DNA from: Eledone cirrhosa
Taxonomy: Eukaryota
DNA length: 64,000 nucleotides
Direction of reading: 5' to 3'
Assembly (NCBI GenBank): GCA_964016885.1
Contig: OZ024742.1
Coordinates: 287,866,001 to 287,930,000 of the forward strand
Both the position numbers and the translations under genes were made by a program. Positions 52,591 through 64,000 of the stretch are shown here, in pieces. Position 1 is the first letter of the stretch; the number at the start of each line of letters is the position of its first letter. The notes beneath the pieces are model-generated. The model was not told the origin of the DNA. It did no database searches and saw only the letters and a list, made by a program, of their open reading frames with translations.

Positions 52591-53989
52591 GTAAAACCCT
52601 TTCTGTTTAGTGTAAATCTGTTTCACCATTTGGATATGAAACTGTCTGAAATCACCCCTGGTTCTCTGATACAAAGTTGTTTTAAAGTGTTATTTATGTC
52701 GAAGTCTTCCATCATAATTTTATTTAAACACCTTTGTTATGCTATATTCCAAACACTTATTGATGAAATTTTTGTTACACCCATCCAAATTATTTGAAAA
52801 TAATATGCTGTATCTTTCATTAGAAATATCATATTGAAAGAGTTAATCAACTTGATGCTTTTTAACATGTATTAGTAACAAAAAAAAACTAGTTTTTCCT
52901 TTTCTCTCTCTTCACTTGAACTTGTAACTTGCTTGAAGTTTTTAAAAGACGGACATTACAATAACTTAGCCATATGATGTTTTAATAATTGATTTCAGAC
53001 AGTAATTTTCAATTGGCAGTGGATTTGGACCTTAGTTTTGATTTAGGTTGTTGTCTGATGGACAAACAGCATTCTCTTTCAAATCATGTCAGTTACCTAT
53101 TACTAGATTGTTATTTTGGTAAACTCTGAGATATTCCATAATGAGGTCATGCTGCCTGTTAGGAATGTACAATGTACACATACATTGCAGTTGTAATTCA
53201 TGAAGCTAGCTTATGATTGCACAAACATTTCACAATAATTGGTTGGTTGATCAATAATTTGTGAGTGGAATTTGGTTGGTGGAAACTGCAAAAGCTCATT
53301 GTACACACATGCGCATGTATACCAGTCTAAAAACCAGTGTTCTTAATGGTGTGTCCCGCTATGTCTTGTAACAAATGGATTGATGAAATGAGTACCAGAC
53401 TGAAACAAGTTCTGATGTCAATATGATTGATGAAAAACCCTTGAGGGCAGTGCCCCAACATGGTTGCAGTTCAGTGGTTAAAACCAGTAAAAAAAAAACT
53501 ATGTGTTAAATCAAAGAGTATCTATTGTAGCTGAAATGATTCAGCTGATTGTATGGACAAGAAACAAGTGTATGGTTAATAACTAGTATGAAAAAAGAGT
53601 GTCATGTCTACAGTGAAAGATAGATATAGTAGAGGAAGATATAGGAGAAAATAATGAGGAAAACTCTTGGATGTTGGGCCTCATGGATGAGGGTTGATTT
53701 GCTGTACTGCAACACCCATTCAGTGAAACATGCCAGCATGAAAAACGATAATTAAAATAATGAATCAATTTCTGATTAGTGTAGCTGCTATTTTAGTTAA
53801 AAATTGCTTCTGATTTTTTTCATTCTAACTGGTATGTCTTAAGTTATCTTTTGTGTAAGTGAATGACATAGTAGGAAGAGTTTGAATCCTTGTTTCTTCA
53901 AGAAAATTGTTGGAATCTTAATTTAAATAAATCTATTGGGTTTTTTTAAGATGACTCTTAAAGTATATAATATATGATATCTCTTTCAG

Positions 53990-54073
53990 GCAAAAGAAAT
54001 TTATAAAATGGATGCAAAAGAAAAGTTAGAACAAGCACAATTAGCTAAAGATAAGGGTACCCAATATTATAAG
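53990..54073 (+). CDS. FKBP4: FKBP4 coding exon 5 (absent from the ORF track)
   Basis: AKEIYKMDAKEKLEQAQLAKDKGTQYYK; CTTTCAG| and |GTAAAA, phase 0/0. Confidence 0.92.
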
Positions 54074-54439
54074 GTAAAATTTTATTTTTGTTATTGCTTT
54101 GCTGTTGTTTTTCCTATTTCTTGATGATAGTTGATGTCGTGCCAAATTAGGTGTTACAATATTTACTTGTGGTGTTTAAATTTTCTTTCATTATACTTGA
54201 CTTAATGAAATACTTGTAAAATTCTGGATTTAATGCTGTTGATCCAATGAGAATTGGGGGAACTATATAGTCTGATTTAACAAACATATTTAAAAAGAGC
54301 ATTTGATCTTACAACATCACACAGGCATATGTGTCCAGTTTGTCAAGTTTTAGAAAATTTCCAAAACAGTGTGTCTCAAATGATTCTGGTACACTTAGCC
54401 TTACTGACAGAAGAGGCATGGAAATGTTACTATTTGAGG

Positions 54440-55090
54440 TTACTAAATTTGGAGAATGCATCTAACCTTAGTAGATCCAACAGAGCGACCCACTATTGAG
54501 GTTGACAGCTATTTGATTAAAGGAGGCCATTATGAATATGAAGGATGGAAATGTTGCAGAGACATCTGGGATGGTTGCATGGTTGTTGAAAATATCTGAA
54601 ATAAAGCTTTGGCTAGTCTCTTGCATAGTCAACCAGGTAATATGTGATTTTGTCATATCTGATTGTTGTAGCAGTATCATTATTAACAACTGCAAGGGCA
54701 AAGGAAATACTCTAGAAAGGAGCAATTACTGAGGCATCAAACTAATGGACCATATGAAAATAAGAGTTGTAATAGACTGATTAGGGATAGAATTACGTTA
54801 GATAAGATGTAGTTTGAATTTATGCCAGGAAAGAGTACAAGCAATGCCCTTTTTTTTTATCAGACAGCTGCAAGAGAAATTCCTAGCCAAGAGTAAGCTA
54901 CTGTATTTAGCAATTCATTGATTTGGAAAGGCTTTTGATAGAATACTTATTCCTTAGTCTTGTGGGTTTTAAGAAAACTAGGTGTAAATAAATGGCTTCT
55001 GAGAATAGTATAAGCCATATAAAGAAATGTCAGTAAATTCAGAGTTGGCAATGAGTTTGGTGAAGAATTTGGTGTGTAAGTAGGTGTTTA
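54440..55090 (+). mobile_element. Highly decayed RTE RT fragment
   Basis: IIINNCKGKGNTLERSNY, plus remnants of QLQEKFL and KAFD. Confidence 0.85.
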
Positions 55091-55309
55091 CTGGACAAAC
55101 ATGTGGAGATTCTATGCACTATTCATCATGATCATCATATTGTATTTTGTAAAGTAACATAGGGTTTATATCAAATTATGCATTAAATCATATCATCATC
55201 ATCATTTCATTTTACGTCCGCTTTTCTCTGCTTGCAAGGGTGGATATTAAATATGTTAAGCTTTCATTTAAAACATTTCTTGAGGCAGTCTTTGTTCATT
55301 TTTATTTAG

Positions 55310-55546
55310 AATGGAAAATATCAAGTAGCTGTGAAGCAATACAAAAAGATTGTGACGTATTTGAAAAATGAATCTACTCTAGAAGATGCTGATGAAGTAC
55401 TAAAGAAATCTCTTTTACTTGCTGCTCAACTCAATACTGCTTTGTGTCATCTTAAAACAAATGATTCCCATCGTGCAATTCAGGCTTGTGATAAGGCATT
55501 AGAAATTGATGAGCAAAATGTCAAAGGACTGTTCCGCCGAGGGCAG
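55310..55546 (+). CDS. FKBP4: FKBP4 coding exon 6 (TPR)
   Basis: NGKYQVAVKQYKKIV..LNTALCHLK..CDKALEIDEQNVKGLFRRGQ; phase 0/0. Confidence 0.93.
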
Positions 55547-56213
55547 GTAATATATGGCTCTTATTTTTTGTAATAGTTGTTTTAAGATACTAAAATGGAA
55601 AACTTCTGAATTTTGTAAGAATTCTATTTTTATTATTTATGTTTTACTATATTTTCTAACTTTGCTTCATATTTAGTTACTATTTGTTACCAACCATCAA
55701 AATTGGTTTTGTTTTAATATAAATTCTTGCTACTGGAACTTGGATATTTTAACCTTCATAACAGATTAGTTGGTGAAACATGAAGTTATTAATTTCATTT
55801 CATAGAAATTTTACATTAGCACTGTCAAATCATAAGTTGTTTGAATTAGTCTGAATTTATCTTTACTACAATTATTGGTTTTTCCTCTGAAGAAGGTATA
55901 TAATAATTCTTTTTTTCCATATATGGAAATATTACCTTTTTATAGTAGCATAGATAAAATAGATGTGATGTGTACGCTTACATAGTACACTTTTTGAAAT
56001 AATTTGTTTCTATGGCAATCTTTAAAATTCATTCTTTATAAATGGAACTTAGAACATGGTGTTGTCTCTCAACCTGTTGATCCTCAGACTGTGACAACTT
56101 ATTCAACCGATGCCAGCATGAAAATGGACATAAAATATAATTTACTCACTAGTTTCAGAAAAATTCTGATGATTAAATATTTATTGAGTTTGTTGTATAT
56201 GTGTGTTTTGCAG

Positions 56214-56402
56214 GCAAAGATGAATGAAAACGATTACAAAGAAGCCTTGTGCGACTTTAATTCCTTGCTAAAACTGGAACCTGATAATAAAGCTGCTAAG
56301 AACCATATTATCATTTGCACTAAAAAAATGAAAGAATACAAAGAAAAGGAAAAGAAGCTGTATGCTAACATCTTCACTAAATATACCATGGAGAATGCTA
56401 AG
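56214..56402 (+). CDS. FKBP4: FKBP4 coding exon 7 (TPR3 and helix)
   Basis: AKMNENDYKEALCDF..LEPDNKAAKN..EKEKKLYANIF..AK; phase 0/0. Confidence 0.92.
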
Positions 56403-56432
56403 GTTGGTATCATATTTTTATAGACTTCTTTC

Positions 56433-56464
<32 letters not shown>

Positions 56465-56503
56465 GTATAGTAAGAAAATCAATAGATTTTGAGTGATTTC
56501 CAT

Positions 56504-56534
<31 letters not shown>

Positions 56535-58193
56535 GAGTGTATGTGTGGTAAGTTAACTTATTTTGTTTCATATTTTTCTGGGGACAGTTGTTTTAAGTCT
56601 TTTAACAAAAAAGCTTCTATTTGGGGTATTATTCAGACCTTATTGATAAGAATTTTCATTGTTATAAATTATCTTGTAACCTATAGGCTTATGATATATA
56701 TATTTTTCTGATACTTTATTCGTTTTTCAAAGAGATTAGAGTGCATGCTAACAAATATGTAGGTAGTGTTGGAAAACCTAATTTGTTTAGTGAAGAGCAT
56801 TCATGTGTTTGATAGATCTCAAAAATATTTTTCTTGAAAAATATGTTGCATATCAACCCACAGACACTTAATAGGTGTATAAATAAAATGTAAACAATAT
56901 CGGCAGATATACAAAATACACATACTTAGTATACAGCTATGTTAGAGCGAACACCTTAATTCAATATTTATAGTTTTCTTTAAAATGTGTTCTTTGTTAA
57001 CCAATAATTACAAAAAAGAATATTGTTATATAAAAAAGTGATGGTTACTTACTAGTTTCATGAAATCACTTTTAATATAGCAAAAGATAGTGTTTAATGG
57101 TACATTTATAAGTGTAGCTTTGGTATTTCTTATTGTAAATCTAGCATTACTTTATTCAATATTGAAAAGATAATTTTTGTGGTGTTCATGGTGATATGTA
57201 CATGGCTTAGTGGTTAAGGTGTCGGGTCTCATGATAATATGGTTGTTGGTTTGATTCCAGTACTAGATGGCATATTTTGTTCTTGGGCAAGAAATTTAAT
57301 TTCATATTACTCCAGTCCACTCATCTTGTGTACTGGTAGTTAACCCTGTGCAACAGACTAGTGTCCAGCCTAGGGTGGAGTCTTTTCAAGATAGGGACTG
57401 GGGCTGTTATCATTAAAACATCTGAGAAACTTCTATGAAGATACAGCCTTGTAGGAGGCCAACTAAACCTACATGTGTGTGAGCTGTCCTTACCATTGAA
57501 GTTAACTTTCAACATGGTGATAGATGAGTCTAAATTCACAAATGTACTTATGTTTATGACATTTTCATGTTTGTCGAGCTAATTATCCACAATATAAGAT
57601 AAAACTTTGTGTGTTGTCTTTTGTTCCATCAGAAATACATAAAAGTAAAACCACCACACTATATTTGGATAGGTTACCTTAAGTCAAGTTGTTAGCATTT
57701 CAACCGATATTGAGTTTTAGAAAAAGCTTCAGTAATTACTACAAATGTTCACATTTCAAAAATTATTCCAACTTAACAAAATATAGCAAGTTTTATATAT
57801 TTTATGATTTAAAAAAAAAAAAGAAAAAATAATTTCCAGGCTTCATTTGCTTTTAATAAAAAAAAAAATGCTTTAAATATATATCTAGTGTTTGTTAATG
57901 GTGGTATTGTTAGAATGCCTTGTGGTATTTGTTATGGTTCTCTGCACACCAAGTTCATATCTCACTGAAGCCAGGCTTGCCTTGCATTCAAGTATCGGGG
58001 GGAGGGTGTAAATTCTTCTGTCTTTGAATGAGTTAACATTATGCCATGAGAAGGGTCCTGGGAGACCACTCATAGTAGTCCGTTTTTCAGAGATAATGGT
58101 TGAGCGAGAGCCTTATACATAAACTGTCATGTCACTGGAGTTGTTATAGGATGGTCTCATGTACTGTACCGCATTGAATGTAAATAAAGGAAT

Positions 58194-58537
58194 GGAGGCA
58201 CATGACTTAGTGGTTAGAGCATTGGCCTTGCAATCGAAAGGTTGTGAGTTCAATTCTCAGACCGGGTGATGTGTTATTTCCTTGAGCAAGACACTTTATT
58301 TCACATTGCTCCAGTTTACTCAGCTGTAGAAATGAGATGATAGGGATTGGAGTCCATAGCATTCCACTGCAAAGTGGTCGTGGAGGTGCCACGGCAAAAA
58401 AGCACCCAGCACTCACTGTAAACTGAGGTTGGTGTTAGGAAGGGCATCCAGCTGTAGAAATCAAGCCAGAATCAGTTCCCGTCCCACCCTTGCAAGCAGG
58501 CAAAAAGCAGACGTAAAATGAAATGATGATGATGATG
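58194..58537 (+). mobile_element. tRNA-derived SINE with RTE tail
   Basis: Near-identical to 9939-10278. Confidence 0.9.
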
Positions 58538-59148
58538 AATGAAGGGTTTGTTATAAAATCTATTTGAATAAGTGAAGCTATTTTAGAAGCATGCTAGCAT
58601 TCTTTTTTTTTTTTTTTTTTTTTTTTTTTGTTTTTTTGTTTTTTTTGTCCAGGTATGACGATGTGGCTGATGGTCTGTATTGATGTATCAGTAAGAGTCT
58701 TGTTTGAAAGTTTGGAGACCATTATAATTTTGTGGTTCAAATCATACTCAACCTTTTGCTCTTCTATGGATCATATAAGTATTGACTAAAGAACAAGACC
58801 ATTTCAGTTGAATATATTTTATAATGGTTAGGTTAAAATTCTACTTAAGTTGTCACCAAATAACCAACTTTTGTGTTGTGGAATCAAAGATAAGTTTTGA
58901 CTATATGAACTTATACAAGACATAAAATATAATTCTTCCCATACAAAAGTGAAGCTGAAGATCATTTTACCAAAATCTGGTTTTGCAACAAAGAATTCAC
59001 CTTTATATAACAGGAGTTGATTACATTTTATTAAAATTAATGTTTATGTGGTAATAAGATTTAAGTCAATTTGTTAGATAAAGTTATATATTTTTTTAAT
59101 TAAAGAAAAAAAAAATTTACACTAACCTTGATCTTTGCATTTTTGTAG

Positions 59149-59379
59149 CTTGAAAGTAATTGTGACGACGAGGGAAATGTGTTTGATAATGTAGGGGAAT
59201 GGAATAATGACATGGCCAAGGGCATGATGAGTATTCCACAAGAAATGGAGGCTTTTGGTGAAAAAATGCCCGAGACTGGCACTGCATGTCAGTCTCATGA
59301 GGACTCTGATGACAATGGTACTTCACTGTTCTTCATTACCAGCTCTCAGCTCTCCACTATCACTAATGTCCAGATTTAG
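59149..59379 (+). CDS. FKBP4: FKBP4 candidate last/alternative exon A
   Basis: Branch point ACTAAC plus TTTTTGTAG acceptor, phase 0; LESNCDDEGNVFDNVGEWNNDMAKGMMSIPQEMEAFGEKMP..QI*. Confidence 0.7.
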   Translation, partial: LESNCDDEGNVFDNVGEWNNDMAKGMMSIPQEMEAFGEKMPETGTACQSHEDSDDNGTSLFFITSSQLSTITNVQI

Positions 59380-60060
59380 CTTCAACCCTTTTTAATGAGC
59401 TCCATTTCAAAACTGAAAACTTAAGGCCATAAAACCCATAAACTTAACATTTTTTTTCTTTCTAACAATATTTTGTGGAAGTTGTTTGTTGCTTCTCCAA
59501 ATAATTCACTACATTCGGTTTAATGTTTTCTTTTGTGTGGGAAGAATTGGAGTATATATATATTTAAATAACATTGACTTAAAATTGTCATTGTCATTTT
59601 TATAGAAATTTCCAAAAGCCTTACATTGAAGCCATTGATATTTGCCTGTGGCAGTCTTTAGTGATATTGGCAATAGCCAACTGAGCATGTACAGTATATT
59701 TTAAGGGCACCTGCTTTTTTAGTTAATGCCCTGAGCACTTGATTTGTTCCTCTTAATTTGTGCCTTTTCTATCTTTGTAGTTCTGCAATAGCTGTCCTTA
59801 CCATTGAAGCTAACTTTCAAACTAAAAATTGTTTTGAATGGCTTTTCTATAATTTTTCTATTATCAGTAAACTTTAATATTTCTTTTGTATGGGTTTAAC
59901 TGTTTGACATTCTAAACAATGTCAAATAAAATTTTGCTGCCTAAAAAATTTTTTTTTCAATTTATTTGAAAACTGTTCAAGCAGCTGACTTAATCGACAC
60001 AAAATAGTTACATTTGCTCTGTTAGAAATTTTTCATGGTCTTCTACATTTTATTTTTTAG

Positions 60061-60141
60061 AATGAAGAAGAGAAAGAAGAGGAAATAACTACTCCAACAG
60101 AGGAAGAGATGATCACTGAAGAAATGGAAGGGGAAAAATAA
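60061..60141 (+). CDS. FKBP4: FKBP4 candidate last exon B (acidic tail)
   Basis: TTATTTTTTAG acceptor, phase 0; NEEEKEEEITTPTEEEMITEEMEGEK*; AATAAA near 60232 and 60388. Confidence 0.65.
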   Translation, partial: NEEEKEEEITTPTEEEMITEEMEGEK

Positions 60142-61312
60142 CTCCTTAAAACTATGCACTAATTGTGTCATTTTCTTTCCATTTTTCTTGTATCAGATTT
60201 GACTGACAAAATGTATTAGTAGGTCTCCCTAAATAAAGACTTACAACATGTATTCTGTGCTCCTACAGATCAGTCTCTGGGATCTGGCGCTTTCAACATT
60301 TCTTTTCATTGACAGTCACTTCATTTGTTTATGACAGTCAAATTCTCAGAAACCTAACTATTCTGTTCTGTCAATTCATTTAGATTGAAATAAAAGTACT
60401 TTTCACTTGACTTAAACTTTTTGTTTTGATAAATTTTTCCCGCATCCAATATTTTAGCACATTTCATACTGGCTCTGGTCTATAAAACAGAACCACTCTT
60501 TTTTAAAGGGATCCTATTTAAAGTTACTTTGTAAATAATTTTAGTAAATCCCTCGAAATTCTTAATTTGAAGTAGTTTATTTCCTTAAAAATATAGTTAT
60601 TGATGGGTTAAGAGAAAAAGGGAGGTCAATCATTTTTATTCAAAATCGTTTTGAAAAATTGGAAAAAAAAAATTGTAATTTTCTTAAATATCCTTTTATT
60701 GGTAAATCTTTAAAATGGGATTTGAAATTTTACATTTGAGTGTCATAGGTTATATATATATATAAAGTAGTAAATTGCTGACTTTTTTAGTGATATTATA
60801 TTAATAGTATTCTGGAGGATTTATTTGCAAATAAATAAAAATTGAATTTGTCAAAGCAATATGTTATAACCAAAAATAGATTTTTCTTTACCAGAAGCAA
60901 AATTGTAAGAACACATTTAAGGTTTGTGTCAGAATTCAAATTAATTTTGAAAATATTAGCATATAACCCTTTTTGATATCACAATGCCCTAGTTTCTATA
61001 TGAAACTAGTTGTTTTTTAAAGTGCTTGTATTTATTTAAAAACCTTCCATCATAATTCTGTGAGAACCTTTCTCCAAGTTATGCTCTACACACCAGCTTA
61101 TTGAGAAAGTATATATTACTAAATACTTTCAAGTTCTTGAGATTATTTTCAAAATTATTTTAAAATCACAGGTAGTGTCTTTAGAAATGTAATTAAAGGG
61201 GCTAAACAAATTTTGACTCCATTTTTTTTTTCTGCTTCATTGAAAAAAAAAATGAAAATTGTGAAACATGAAAAGTTTTTGTTATTTTGGATATGTCTTA
61301 TGAATTAAACAT

Positions 61313-61547
61313 TCACATATCTACTGGCATTTGAAATATTGGTCCTACAGTTGGCTCCATTGGAAAACTTTTGCGCATACCCATACAGAACTTACTGTCA
61401 ATATGTAAGCTATTTTCTTTCACATTGATGTCATTCTCAAGAGTACTTCTTGTCTTTACCAGGCGAGCTAAGGCAGCTTCTGCATTTCGCAGCTTGTCTC
61501 GCAAAACTTTAACTGATTCTCTTATTTCACTCACTTCTCGTTGAAGA
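61313..61547 (-). CDS. TEKT3: Tektin-3/5-like, last coding exon
   Basis: LQREVSEIRESV..LENDINVKENSLHIDSKFCMGMRKSFP..*; TTTTCTGTAG acceptor, phase 2. The TEKT3 versus TEKT5 assignment is uncertain. Confidence 0.88.
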
Positions 61548-62693
61548 CTACAGAAAAAAAATGAGTGGTTAATATAAATTTATTCACTTAGGAATATTTC
61601 TCATTTATCCTTTGGATTCCAAACTGCTTCAAACAATACTCTTTATTTTAAAGTGTTTATATTTATCTAAAAGCCAATCATAATTTTATGCAAGAAATCC
61701 TTTTAAGTTATGTTCAAAACACCAGCTTAATAATCTTGTTTGAAACAACTTTGATTCTTACATAAAGTTACGATTTAAGCATGAACAGTTTAAAGCCACC
61801 AGCTTTGTATCATATAACCAGGGTCGTTTTATGGGCTTTTTATGTATAACACGGTTTAATGTCCATGAAAGAAAAACAATTTTTTACTTAATTATTATGA
61901 GTTGGCTGGTAGCGCAGATAGATAAGTCGACAAGATAGCTAATTACCGCAGGTATGATCGTATGGTTAAGTTTACTTAGTAACTGCATCGGATAACTCAG
62001 TTGAACTCCTTTCTTGTTTGAAAATGTTCCCCGACGATCTTAGGTAAATATTTCTTTATCATATTTGCGTTTCCCAAATTTGATTTTTATTATGCTCTGA
62101 ATAATTAATTCTTATTAATTACTTCATTGAGCAAAATTGATATCTGTTGGATTCCCTCGTATGTAAGTATATATATATATATCAACAAGATCTCAGACCT
62201 CATTCACTTAACGAGTGAGGTGGACCGAGGAAACAATGTTTTCATTGGTCTTTCCAATTAATAATACTATCTGTCGGTCGCAAATCCAGGCAGAAGGAGC
62301 AACGTGAAATAAAGTGTTTTGCTCAAGGACATACATAACGCATCGCCTGGTTCGGGAATTGAACTCAACCTCACGATTGTGAATCCAATTCTCTAACCAC
62401 TCAGGCATTTTCTCAAAAGATGGAAAACTGGCTGAGGCCAAGCCTATTACGACACGTAAGGATACGGTGTGCTTGTAAAATCCGGGATTCACCTTTGCTC
62501 TACTTTCCTATACAGCCAGATATGCCCTTTACCCTTCCTCCCTTTTTTCATTAATTTTGTTTTATCTTTTTAAAAAAATATTTCCATCATTGTATAACTT
62601 CTGTGTGTAAAATCTAGTTGATGTATTATGTATAACAGATAACAAAATAAAATTAATTTCTTTAAAACAAAATAATTCAAAATGACTGACTTA

Positions 62694-62870
<177 letters not shown>

Positions 62871-62910
62871 TTAGTGTTGATTCATAAAGAAAGTCAATAA
62901 TTATATATAT

Positions 62911-63008
62911 ATAGGAAAATGTTTAACCCCGACGACGGCTATTTCTGGACTCAGAAATAACCGTCGAAATGGCTTGAGCTCTGCCGTTGGGGTTAAACAT
63001 TTTCCTAT
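62911..63008 (+). other. 98-nt three-way-junction structure, hammerhead-like
   Basis: A perfect 20-bp outer stem, a 14-position stem with 1 mismatch, then GAAA-UGGC..GCCG-UU. Confidence 0.6.
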
Positions 63009-63579
63009 TACCCACTCTACTAAGTATTGAGTACTCTGGTGCGTTATGGCCCATCTGGTTCTTTACCACACTTCCTTCGTTATATATATATATATATAAA
63101 CGGCAAACAAATAAAGCAAACGACACAGTACAATGAAAAAATATAATATTAGTTTTACGCTTGATACAGTAGGAAAAGAGTTTTAACAATCCGCGGACGC
63201 TTGTCATTCCTCAGAAAAGAGAATGGGAAAGAGAAGATTGAGGAGACGGGCAATGGAAGAAAAAAATTATATATGATGACTGTAAACTCTGCTAAGAGTA
63301 TTGCAATCGCTTGTCAGATTATAGAGTTTGGTGCACTTTTAGGCTACGGCCAGCCACACGAACCTGTAACAGATCCTGGACAAGCAATGCTTGTGCTTTG
63401 AAGGTTTTTTAAGTGGGAAAAGGCCTTGCACTCGACCAATCCCACTCTGAGCATCGAGAACACTACCCGAAAAGGAGAACTTGTCAACATCATCGGATGC
63501 TTCCGAAGCCACAAGTTCTTTTCAGTGTCCCTCTCCTTGAAAGGTGTTGTGACAACAGCTGGGGGCCTCTCTCTCTCAC

Positions 63580-63610
<31 letters not shown>

Positions 63611-64000
63611 CACACACCTCTCAAAGTATCTTAGCCTTTTCCGTCAATCAGCCACCTTCCAATGCTATTTTATTTATCAACACTGAATGGATGAAAGGCA
63701 AAGTTGACTTTGGCGAGATTTGAACTCCGATTTTGAATATATATATAGATTTGAATACATATAGCAAGGCATTTAATCCAATCCCATGACGACTCTGCTG
63801 ATTCACCTCCTTTATAGAACTAACACTTCTTCTACAAGAAACCTATATAGCTGCTGCTTTAGCTACAAATTTACTAGGAATTCATCTGGAGACGCGTGAC
63901 CTTGTGGTAAGGGTGTTGGACTTACGATCATAATGTCGTGGGTTCGATTCCTGGGCTGTGTTCTTGAGTAAAACACTTCATTTCACGTTGTTGCAGTATA

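Overview
Eukaryotic, AT-rich, repeat-dense genomic DNA. The huge (TA)n/(TACA)n tracts, tRNA-derived SINEs and RTE LINEs suggest a coleoid cephalopod such as Octopus; this is an inference. Most long ORFs in the track are microsatellite artefacts. Host genes: (1) an FKBP4/FKBP52-type immunophilin on + with 7 shared coding exons (43649-56402) and at least two in-phase candidate last exons, under a candidate promoter with heat-shock element, E-box and X-box; (2) the last two exons of a tektin-3/5-like gene on -, convergent with it; (3) a probable isolated first coding exon of an XK-related (Xkr) gene on - at about 24.1 kb. Mobile DNA: a Penelope-like element (PLE) with inverted termini and an open GIY-YIG ORF, RTE LINEs carrying an embedded PHD finger, a tRNA-Trp-primed non-autonomous LTR element, a decayed Gypsy, a mini-Helitron, hAT and piggyBac MITEs, and many SINEs. 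The most striking hidden signal is a set of minimal type-I hammerhead ribozymes arranged as outward-facing pairs in fold-back structures embedded in (TA)n. One pair is in the 2.9-kb PLE, another is in a 345-bp spacerless palindrome, and there is a hammerhead-like three-way junction in the tektin intron.
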